Source: Calditrichaceae bacterium (GTDB lineage Bacteria > Calditrichota > Calditrichia > Calditrichales > JBFXGD01). From it: DNA of 36,565 bases. Below are positions 20,026 through 28,067 of the stretch, in pieces (the stretch's first letter is position 1; each line of letters starts with the position of its first letter). The stretch spans positions 1-36,565 of the forward strand of contig JBFXGD010000019.1 in NCBI GenBank assembly GCA_050178385.1. The letters run 5' to 3'. A model generated the notes under the pieces. That model was not told the DNA's origin and ran no database searches. It saw only the letters and a program-made list of their open reading frames with translations. The translations under genes were made by a program, and so were the position numbers.

Positions 20026-20466
20026 ATGAAAATTTACGTCAAAAAGGAGTATGACGGTTATTTTTATGTTGCATCGTGTATCAACCTTCCCGGTTGTTAT
20101 GTCCAATCTAAATATCTTGATGACATAATGGATCGGCTTCGGAAGGCGATCAACTTATACAAGCAAAATTATAAGGACAGGATGCAGAATTTGCCGGAGG
20201 AAAACGAAGGCCCTGTTTTGGATAAGGAGATCAGATTTAAAGAGATTTCATCGAAACAGTTAGAAAAAATTTTACAAAGATATCATTATCATACAGAATA
20301 TACGGATACTGAGTCTATTCTATTGATGAATTCCAGCTACCCGTTCAACAGAGTGCATCTGCCTCAAACCGAAATCCTGTCACCATTGATCGTAGCAAAG
20401 GTTTTTGGGAAAGAAAACACTATTTATTTAGGTGAAAAAGATATTTCTTTCAACTCAACCGCATAA
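20026..20466 (+). CDS. HicB-like N-terminal domain fused to a degenerate HicA-like domain
   Basis: aa 1-57 (EYDGYFYVASCINLPGCYVQSKYLDDIMDRLRKAINLY) follow the HicB pattern. aa 71-128 (ISSKQLEKILQRY...ILLMN...RVHLP...LSPLIVAKVF) follow the HicA pattern. AAGGA SD. Confidence 0.72.
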   Translation: MKIYVKKEYDGYFYVASCINLPGCYVQSKYLDDIMDRLRKAINLYKQNYKDRMQNLPEENEGPVLDKEIRFKEISSKQLEKILQRYHYHTEYTDTESILLMNSSYPFNRVHLPQTEILSPLIVAKVFGKENTIYLGEKDISFNSTA

Positions 20467-20478
20467 AAAAATCGTTAA

Positions 20479-21228
20479 TCATCGGTCAAGTTTAAATTTT
20501 TCGCCGAGATATAATTTTCTCGCTTCATCGTCTTCTGCCAGAAAATCAGCAGTTCCCTCTTTTAAAATTCTTCCTTCAAACAAGAGGTAAGCCCTGTCGG
20601 TTATTGAAAGTGTTTCATGGACATTGTGATCGGTAATAAGAACGCCAATCCCCCGTTCTTTAAGACTGTGCACGATATTTTGTATATCTTCCACAGCGAT
20701 GGGATCAACACCGGCGAACGGTTCATCAAGCAGGATAAATTTTGGATTCGTTACCAATGTGCGGGCAATTTCAGTCCGGCGACGTTCACCACCGGAAAGA
20801 TGATACCCCCTGCTTTTTGCGATATGGGTGATGTTTAATTCATTCAAATATTGTTCACACTTTTGTTTTCGTTCTTTTTTAGGCACGCCAAGCATCTGCA
20901 TAATAGCAAGCAGATTTTCTTCAACAGTCAGTTTTCTAAAAATAGACGCTTCCTGAGGCAAATAGGCTACCCCTCTCCTGGCGCGCCGATACATCGGCAA
21001 GCCGGTAATATCTTTGTCATTTATCTGTATCTGCCCTCTGTTCGGTTTAATCATACCGGTTATCATATAAAATGTCGTCGTTTTGCCGGCTCCATTGGGT
21101 CCAAGCAAACCGACTATTTCACCCTGTCTGACAAATATTGATACATCATTGACCACGTGTCTCTTCGAATAAATTTTAACAAGGTTTTTCCCCTCGAGTA
21201 CCAGACCGTTTTCACCCTGACTATTCAA
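20479..21228 (-). CDS. lptB: LPS export ABC transporter ATP-binding protein
   Basis: GLLGPNGAGKTT, YLPQEASIFRKL, LSGGERRR, LLDEPFAGVDP, ITDHNV. Start probably TTG 21228. Confidence 0.95.
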   Translation of the reverse strand: MNSQGENGLVLEGKNLVKIYSKRHVVNDVSIFVRQGEIVGLLGPNGAGKTTTFYMITGMIKPNRGQIQINDKDITGLPMYRRARRGVAYLPQEASIFRKLTVEENLLAIMQMLGVPKKERKQKCEQYLNELNITHIAKSRGYHLSGGERRRTEIARTLVTNPKFILLDEPFAGVDPIAVEDIQNIVHSLKERGIGVLITDHNVHETLSITDRAYLLFEGRILKEGTADFLAEDDEARKLYLGEKFKLDR

Positions 21229-22309
21229 ATCCCTTCTCTCCCTTATAATTTTCCGGATAAAATATTCCTTCCGATCCGCCAATTATATTGATGCTGTCAA
21301 GTTCACCGTTTTTAAAATGTATAAAAATGCTGTCCGAGGTCGCGAAGTTACTCCCCTGATCATTCTCTTTTTCTTTTAGATAATACAGGCTGACCGCATT
21401 GTCACGGGCTATGATGGTTTTGGGTTTATCATTTTCAATTTGAAATTCGATACTTTTTCCCTTCAGTTCATTGTATCTGCCTTTAGCCGAATCCGCCATG
21501 CTTTTCGCGATTCCATCGCCATAAACAAAGATATCACGGATTTTCAGTGAATCAAAATGTACCTTCATTTCAATCCCTGAAAGTTCATTGTTCTCATACC
21601 AGGCCATCGGTTTCATTTTCAGCCACCCAATCTCCAGATCCGGATAATAGACAGCGGAATCGCATTGCGCTTTTAAACCACCCTGAAGTATAACTACGCT
21701 GTCCTGCGCAATGGCTCTCCGGTTATCTTCTACATCGTAATATTCCAGACGCCTGCCTTTGATTATTAGCGTATCGGAAGAAGCAGTGTCTATTTTCATC
21801 AACCGGGCGTTTTGCTCAACCATCGAGTAATTTTTATTCTTGTCATATATACCCCTGTCCCCCCAGATCTGTACATTGTTTTTTTGGTCGAGGATATATA
21901 AATTTTTCCTGCCGGAAGCATCTTTCTGCTCAAAATTATAGGTGAAGTATTCCGCATAAAGAGAGTCATTTTCACCCGTAATTTTTACTTTTCCCGTGCA
22001 AACCGCGAGTTTTGTATTCGGATAATAAACAATTTTATCGGCCCGGATTTTTCTTTGCCGGTTATCGATGAGGACATTTCCTTTAAATTCCAGTTTTTCC
22101 TGAGTTTCATAAAAAACCGCTTCATCACAGAACATACTCAGTGTATCCTGAACAAAATGCACATTACCGGACAGGATACGAAGCTGCTCGTTTCCAATTT
22201 TTTTGCCGATGTTTTTATCAGCATGAATCAGATCAAGCCGATCATTTGATGCAAAAGCAAGAGAAGCTGATAAGAGTAAACTTAATATATAAATACGGGT
22301 CATGAACAT
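21221..22309 (-). CDS. lptA: LptA/OstA-like periplasmic jellyroll protein (long form)
   Basis: Signal peptide; repeated OstA-like units (GNVHF.QDTLSMFCDEAVFY, AQCDSAVYY); lies between lptC and lptB. Confidence 0.82.
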   Translation of the reverse strand: MFMTRIYILSLLLSASLAFASNDRLDLIHADKNIGKKIGNEQLRILSGNVHFVQDTLSMFCDEAVFYETQEKLEFKGNVLIDNRQRKIRADKIVYYPNTKLAVCTGKVKITGENDSLYAEYFTYNFEQKDASGRKNLYILDQKNNVQIWGDRGIYDKNKNYSMVEQNARLMKIDTASSDTLIIKGRRLEYYDVEDNRRAIAQDSVVILQGGLKAQCDSAVYYPDLEIGWLKMKPMAWYENNELSGIEMKVHFDSLKIRDIFVYGDGIAKSMADSAKGRYNELKGKSIEFQIENDKPKTIIARDNAVSLYYLKEKENDQGSNFATSDSIFIHFKNGELDSINIIGGSEGIFYPENYKGEKGFE

Positions 22310-22845
22310 TATTCAACCACTATCTTTTTACTGCTGCTTCCGCGTGAATTTATAAGTTCATAATTACTAAGTCCGGGATCCGATATAAAACTGTCTCCGT
22401 ATAACGTGTCATCCTCTGTGGTTATCTTTACCGGTATATTTGAAATAATTTTTTGCAGTTTATTATCCCATTGAAGTGTATCTGTGTAAAGAGTCGCCCC
22501 TGAGTCGGAGATAACCACCACATTCCCGTAAGCGTACATATCCTGTTTTACATCGTGAATCCATCCGCCGTCAGAATTAAGGACAGAAGTGTGCTCACCA
22601 TTAGAATTATAAAAATCAACCTGAAGACCATCTTCAAAATATGTCATTTTTCTGGCCGAATATTTTTTTACATGAGTCGCTTTCAAATAACCGATCCTCA
22701 TACCGTCTTTTGTTATTAGAAGATTGGTATTCCAGGTTTCCTGATCGGGATATTCTTGTGTAGATATGGCTGTATTATCTTCATCCCTTTCAGCAGAGCA
22801 ACTGATCATCAAAATCGTGAGTATTAAGATTAAAAATTCTTTCAC
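22309..22845 (-). CDS. lptC: LPS export protein LptC
   Basis: Lipoprotein-like N-terminus (MISC), GLQVDFY, GNVVV.SDSGATLYTDTLQWD, LYGDSF; synteny. Confidence 0.88.
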   Translation of the reverse strand: MKEFLILILTILMISCSAERDEDNTAISTQEYPDQETWNTNLLITKDGMRIGYLKATHVKKYSARKMTYFEDGLQVDFYNSNGEHTSVLNSDGGWIHDVKQDMYAYGNVVVISDSGATLYTDTLQWDNKLQKIISNIPVKITTEDDTLYGDSFISDPGLSNYELINSRGSSSKKIVVE

Positions 22846-23804
22846 GCTGAAATCCCTTCCTGCATCAGATCATGCAGATGAACCACACCAACCAGTTTTT
22901 TATCAGCATCGATAACAGGCATGGCGATCACCCGGAATTTTTCCATTTCACGATATGCCATAACGGCAAGATCGTCGCCGGCAAGTGTTTTTGGATTACG
23001 GTTCATTACCTGGACGACAGGAATATTAAAGAAATTTTCCGTTTTTTCAACAAGACGGTTTAAATCACCCGTCGTTATAACGCCCACCGGATGCATCTCC
23101 CGGTCAACTACCGGGCACAGTCCCCTTTTATGCGCCATTTCAAGAATCGCTACCCGCATCAGATCATCTTCAAAACAGAACGGTAAATTTTGTTCCTTCT
23201 CCATGATATCCGACACGCGCAATAATAATTTTTTACCGAGAGTACCGCCGGGATGAAGAAGGGCAAAATCATCAGCCGAAAAGCCCTTTCTCTCAAGAAG
23301 CGCAATCGCCAGGGCGTCACCCATGGCGAGAGTGACAGTGGTACTTGCTGTGGGTGCCAGATCGAGCGGACACGCTTCCTCTTTTACGTTGATATCCAGA
23401 ATAATCTCTGCATATCGCGCCAGCGTAGATTTTTTGTTGCCGGTAAATGCTACCACGGGAACATCCAATCTGCGGAAGGATGGCAGCAGGTGCAATATTT
23501 CCGCGGTTTCCCCGCTTTTGGAAATGGCGATTACCACATCATTTTTATGCACCATCCCCAGGTCGCCGTGAATCCCCTCCGCAGGATGCAAGAAATAGGA
23601 GGTGGTTCCGGTGCTCGCCAGCGTGGATGATATTTTTTTTCCTACCGCTCCTGATTTTCCTATACCGGTAACGATAACCCGGCCGGTGCTTTTGATGATC
23701 AATTCAACCGCGCGGTCAAAATTTTCATCAATTCTGGATTCCAGAGCTGAAAGCGCTTCCGCTTCTATATGTATAACTTTTTTTCCGATTTCAATATTAT
23801 TCAA
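22842..23804 (-). CDS. kdsD: Arabinose-5-phosphate isomerase (SIS + 2 CBS)
   Basis: TGIGKSG, HGDLG, SKSGET, LAPTASTT, GDALA, HPGGTLG, CBS pair. Confidence 0.95.
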   Translation of the reverse strand: MNNIEIGKKVIHIEAEALSALESRIDENFDRAVELIIKSTGRVIVTGIGKSGAVGKKISSTLASTGTTSYFLHPAEGIHGDLGMVHKNDVVIAISKSGETAEILHLLPSFRRLDVPVVAFTGNKKSTLARYAEIILDINVKEEACPLDLAPTASTTVTLAMGDALAIALLERKGFSADDFALLHPGGTLGKKLLLRVSDIMEKEQNLPFCFEDDLMRVAILEMAHKRGLCPVVDREMHPVGVITTGDLNRLVEKTENFFNIPVVQVMNRNPKTLAGDDLAVMAYREMEKFRVIAMPVIDADKKLVGVVHLHDLMQEGISA

Positions 23805-24493
23805 TTAATACCCGCCTTTCCCTGAATAATTGCTTCAATAAAAACAAAGACTGAATCCGATCCCAAATTGGCCAATTGATTTCCCGCTTCTGCTTCAATT
23901 TTTATCTTTGTCTGTCCGATCATTCCGGCATTTGATTTAAAACGCATGGAGTATGTATTATCCGGTCTGTAACTTTGTTCCATAAGCAAACTGTCATCGA
24001 CAAACAATCTCACCGCGGCAAGTGGGTTGTCGTGAACCACTGATGCCTTCACCGTAATTGAGTCGTACTGAACAATATAACTTCCCGATTTTGGTGAGAG
24101 GATATTCACGATTGGATTTTCAGGACTAATTACATTAACATCCCGGCTTGCTTCCGCGTTTTTATTCTCATTCGCGACTTTTACCCTTATCGTGTAAACA
24201 TCCCCTTTGAGAGGCGCCACCCATCGAACTCTGGATGAATCGGACGGCTGAATAAACATGCCTCCATCCGCTGATGTCCATTGGTACGTCAATGGCCCCG
24301 TCTCAGGATTTGTTGCGCTAACCGATGCCGTAAGAGTGTCGCCAATCATCAAATTACCCGCCGATAACAGTATACCTTCGTCTGAAATCACCGGAGCGTT
24401 ATAAGGATCAATTATATCTCCAATCGTATCACATCCGATAAAAATCAGAACTATGATAGCGCCTAATGACAGATAAAATTTTCTCATATTCAT
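23801..24493 (-). CDS. Lipoprotein with PKD/Ig-like domains
   Basis: Lipobox LIFIGC; NAPVI...LTYQWTSADG...WVAP Ig/PKD-like unit; second Ig-like unit PIVNILSP...VRLFVDD. Confidence 0.75.
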   Translation of the reverse strand: MNMRKFYLSLGAIIVLIFIGCDTIGDIIDPYNAPVISDEGILLSAGNLMIGDTLTASVSATNPETGPLTYQWTSADGGMFIQPSDSSRVRWVAPLKGDVYTIRVKVANENKNAEASRDVNVISPENPIVNILSPKSGSYIVQYDSITVKASVVHDNPLAAVRLFVDDSLLMEQSYRPDNTYSMRFKSNAGMIGQTKIKIEAEAGNQLANLGSDSVFVFIEAIIQGKAGIN

Positions 24494-25278
24494 AAATCTA
24501 TCTTTAAAGCCTGATATATTAACAATCCGTCATTTGAAGTCAATACTATTATGACGGCATCCGGTTCATTTATAAAAGTTTGACTGATGTCCTTTTCAAT
24601 ATATGATCCTGCGTCAAGCCCCGCAATAGTAACCGGAAGGGAAATATCATCCACCACTCTCTTCAAACCGGTTTCGCCATAGTTATTAATCAGAATCATT
24701 TTCAACAGCATTTCGTCTGCCGCCTGATTCCCCAAACGCGCTATTCTGCATTTAGCCTGAATGACTGAACCATTAATCCGCAAATCAGATTCTATGGTAT
24801 ATTCATTTTTTTCGGTGACAAGACTGCCAACTATTTTGCTTATTCTGTCCCTGGCCGCCGAGCTGCTTGAAGCGCCTTGAACTCTGTTTTGATAGCCGTT
24901 TATGAAAACATCGGGAACACCAATTGAACCGGGATCAGCGGCATCCACATACCGCCAATAGAGTTGTTCGTTTTGCAGACTGTAATAGGGATCGCTATAA
25001 ATCGTATCGGGCAGCGTTATATTTCGGTGATACTCTGCTATCACGACTCTGTTCCCGTAAACCGACTCTATTTCATCCAGTGCATCGAGTGTGAATTCGT
25101 TATATTGATAGGGATTATGCGTATTAACAAACGCTTCTATGAAGACAACAGATTCCCTGTAACCCGAGCTGTTTTTAGGATCGAGCAGGTTGTCTCTCGG
25201 CAGCTCATCACAAGAGAGAACGAGAAGCCATAAAAGCATTACTTTAGAAATGAATTTGAACACTAAACCTGACCTCAT
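24490..25278 (-). CDS. Lipoprotein, Omp28-like thioredoxin-fold domain lacking CxxC, plus beta-rich C-domain
   Basis: LLVLSC lipobox, RDNLLDP, VFIEAF...VVIAEYH...DPY...GVPDVFING. Start uncertain (25290, 25278 or 25239). Confidence 0.65.
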   Translation of the reverse strand: MRSGLVFKFISKVMLLWLLVLSCDELPRDNLLDPKNSSGYRESVVFIEAFVNTHNPYQYNEFTLDALDEIESVYGNRVVIAEYHRNITLPDTIYSDPYYSLQNEQLYWRYVDAADPGSIGVPDVFINGYQNRVQGASSSSAARDRISKIVGSLVTEKNEYTIESDLRINGSVIQAKCRIARLGNQAADEMLLKMILINNYGETGLKRVVDDISLPVTIAGLDAGSYIEKDISQTFINEPDAVIIVLTSNDGLLIYQALKIDL

Positions 25279-26098
25279 CTCTTTTTCCAATGAAAAATCC
25301 GGGCTGTAATGACACCGCCCCGGGCTTCACAGCCGATATTTCATTCGCTGAACGATTTTTTAACCAGCAGTAAAGTGATCCGGTTAACGCGCCTCCGGTT
25401 AAAGAAGCAAATATATATGTCAGCGTTCTGGCGTTATCGGCTCTGTCATAGTAAGTATCAAATTTTTCCAGTTTATTTGTATCCCTGTAATTATCCCGAT
25501 TATCCAGGTAGGCCAAATTAGCCAGTACCGCAGCTGTACCGAAACCCGCGGCGGCTCCCAAAAAGTACCAGGTCGGATAAGGAGACAGAGAAATCTTCGC
25601 CATATAATTTCCCGTCACCGTGAGCATGTACCGGATATTATTTCCAAGGAGCTCCATCATTTCCTGCAGATGTTTTCGATCCGGCGCATCCACGCTCTCC
25701 GATTTCGTCTGCCCGGTTTTAACCCTGATGACATCCGCCGTAATACGGTAAACACCGTTAATTTTGTGCATCGTTCCGGATATAATGAATTCAGCGCCAA
25801 GCAGCTGTCCCGCTTGCCGTACCTGAGAAGTATCAATTAATCCACTGAGATAAAGCGCCTGTTCTTTTAAAACCGACTCGAGTCGGGACCGGTCAAGTAC
25901 GATGAGCTCATCTGAATGTGTGAGTTCAGCCCTTAACAAATCAGGGACAGACCTTTCCCAGGAATCAAGAATATAATCATCGCTTTGATTCCTAAAATCC
26001 GTCACGGCAATATTGACCTGACCAATGACTTCATTGACAAACAAGACTAAAAAGATAAAAAGTACTAAATAATGAAGGCGCTTCATCATCGTTCCCAT
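25244..26098 (-). CDS. CsgG/HfaB/FlgO-like exported protein with C-terminal hydrophobic hairpin and beta-signal-like end
   Basis: Signal peptide; IAVTDFRN...LIVLDRSRLESVLKEQ...SGLID...GQLLGAEFIISG...IRVKTG; ends VRFSVQIHF. Confidence 0.78.
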   Translation of the reverse strand: MGTMMKRLHYLVLFIFLVLFVNEVIGQVNIAVTDFRNQSDDYILDSWERSVPDLLRAELTHSDELIVLDRSRLESVLKEQALYLSGLIDTSQVRQAGQLLGAEFIISGTMHKINGVYRITADVIRVKTGQTKSESVDAPDRKHLQEMMELLGNNIRYMLTVTGNYMAKISLSPYPTWYFLGAAAGFGTAAVLANLAYLDNRDNYRDTNKLEKFDTYYDRADNARTLTYIFASLTGGALTGSLYCWLKNRSANEISAVKPGAVSLQPGFFIGKRDEVRFSVQIHF

Positions 26099-26117
26099 GA
26101 TTTAATTAGCTTTTTCA

Positions 26118-26633
26118 TTATTTTGATAGCTCTTCGATAAGATTATGCAGCTTTTCCTGCCGTTTTAATATTTTATCAATAACTTCCCGCACCGCGCCAT
26201 TCCCTCCGCGGGCATCGGTTATATAATCGCAGGCAGCTTTAACCTCATCGCGGGCGTTTGAAACGGCCACGCTGAATCCCACCCTGTTCAGAATGCTGAG
26301 ATCGAGAACATCATCACCGATATAGCAAATTTCTTCATCTTTTAAATTGAATTGCTTTTTGATATCCCTGTAGGGCCCCAATTTATCAAAACTTCCCTGT
26401 GATACAATATCAAAGTTCAATTCTTCCGCACGGCGCCGCACAAGCTCAGAATTTCTACCCGTGATGATCCCTGTTTTCAGACCACCCATTCTCGCGAGCG
26501 TAATTCCCATCCCATCCTGTACATTAAATATTTTGAGTTCATCGCCGCTTGATGTATAGATGATGCCACCGTCCGTTAATACCCCATCCACATCCATCAG
26601 GATCATCTTTATTTTAACCAATTTTGATTTCAT
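26118..26633 (-). CDS. kdsC: KDO 8-phosphate phosphatase (HAD)
   Basis: DVDGVLTDG, FNVQDGMG, ITGR, YIGDDVLD, GGNGAVRE. Confidence 0.94.
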   Translation of the reverse strand: MKSKLVKIKMILMDVDGVLTDGGIIYTSSGDELKIFNVQDGMGITLARMGGLKTGIITGRNSELVRRRAEELNFDIVSQGSFDKLGPYRDIKKQFNLKDEEICYIGDDVLDLSILNRVGFSVAVSNARDEVKAACDYITDARGGNGAVREVIDKILKRQEKLHNLIEELSK

Positions 26634-26690
26634 CCGGTGCCTCTTACTTACTAGACGTGAAAAATTCTTTAATGTTTTATCAATTTCAAA

Positions 26691-28004
26691 TTATGCCGTC
26701 TTCCGGTCAATTCTCTCCGTGACAACCTTAAATACAAGCAGAAGTAAAAATGCAATGATGCCGATCGCGCTGAAATAATACCAGATATAATGCGCTTTGT
26801 CATAGGCATGAACCAGTTGATCGGGAGACAATAAAGCCGGATCAGGACAATAAGTGTCCAGGAGATATCCGCTTGCGATAAAGCCGAAGAGCCATGCGAA
26901 AAACGTCGTAAGGTGGGAGTATCCCATATACAGCCCTTCCTCGCCTTTTGGTGCCTGCTTTGACGCATATTCAAGAAATCGGGGTGAAAGAAAACTTTCC
27001 GCAAGCCCCTGTAGCGCGATACCCACAATGAGCATGACCGTGATTGGATGAAGCGAAAAAAGACCGAAAAACTCAACCGACTGACCTGTGACGGATTGCA
27101 GAACCGGGCTCAAAGCGATTGATAGCGCGGATAGAGGTATAATCAGCAGACCGATTCCGATAGAACTCACCGGCTTTATTTTTCTTACCAGATATGTGAT
27201 CGGAACCACCAGAAGAACCACAATCAGCGGATTGATATTCGCCAGCCATTCCGGCGCCGCCTGTTCGCCCACAAGACGAAGCGTATACTTAGGCATCGTC
27301 GCGTATAGCTGACCCTGGATGGCCCAGAATCCGGCCACAATCAGTATAAGAGCCATAAAGCGAACATTTTTTATCACTTTTAATAATCCGTCGAGCGATT
27401 CCCGCAGGCTTTTTCCTTTACCCGTCGTATCTATGTCTCTGTAATAAATCATTACGAGGACCAACGCAACCAGGGCCATCGCGGCTGCATAGTAATTAAT
27501 ATACTCTAATCCCAATTCCGTCCGTAAAGGTTTTGCGATGGTTTTACCGGAAAAAGAACCGATGTTCACAATCATATAAAAAATAGAAAACGCCCTGGCG
27601 CGATGCTTCTCGTCTGACGCCTTGGCCACCGTTCCCGAAATTATCGGTTTAACAAAGGAGCCGCCGATCATGATCGTAAAGAGCGAAAAAATAGCGACGG
27701 GTTTTGTGGGTATAAATCCAAGTGTAAAATAACCGACTGTCAGAAGGGCAAAAGCCAGAATCAGGGCTTGCCTGAACCCCATTTTATCGGCCAGAGTGCC
27801 TGTAAAAGTGGGAGCAAGATACAGAAAGGAAGCAAATAAACCCACAACCCACCCGGTTTCAATATCAGTAAATCCGACGTTTCTGGACAGAAAAAGTGTC
27901 AGAGCGATAAACATACCATAGTAGGCGGCCCTCTCAAACAATTCAATCAGATTGGCAACCCAAAATTCACGGGGAAACTTCCAGCTTAGTCCTGATGCAG
28001 TCAT
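26691..28004 (-). CDS. MFS transporter, POT/PTR-like
   Basis: ELFERAAYYG (ExxER motif), GTLADKMG, FSIFYMIVNIGS; about 12 hydrophobic segments. Confidence 0.85.
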   Translation of the reverse strand: MTASGLSWKFPREFWVANLIELFERAAYYGMFIALTLFLSRNVGFTDIETGWVVGLFASFLYLAPTFTGTLADKMGFRQALILAFALLTVGYFTLGFIPTKPVAIFSLFTIMIGGSFVKPIISGTVAKASDEKHRARAFSIFYMIVNIGSFSGKTIAKPLRTELGLEYINYYAAAMALVALVLVMIYYRDIDTTGKGKSLRESLDGLLKVIKNVRFMALILIVAGFWAIQGQLYATMPKYTLRLVGEQAAPEWLANINPLIVVLLVVPITYLVRKIKPVSSIGIGLLIIPLSALSIALSPVLQSVTGQSVEFFGLFSLHPITVMLIVGIALQGLAESFLSPRFLEYASKQAPKGEEGLYMGYSHLTTFFAWLFGFIASGYLLDTYCPDPALLSPDQLVHAYDKAHYIWYYFSAIGIIAFLLLLVFKVVTERIDRKTA

Positions 28005-28067
28005 GACAATTTCCTTATGTTCAATTAGTGTTCTCAGATTTACTAAGTGAGTTAAATTTACTGATTT

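Noticed and set aside
21228..21282. Long N-terminal overlaps in the ORF track (lptB; also pnp, pyrEF, rsmE, receiver gene)
   Set aside because: Artefacts of choosing the most upstream start; better starts lie downstream.
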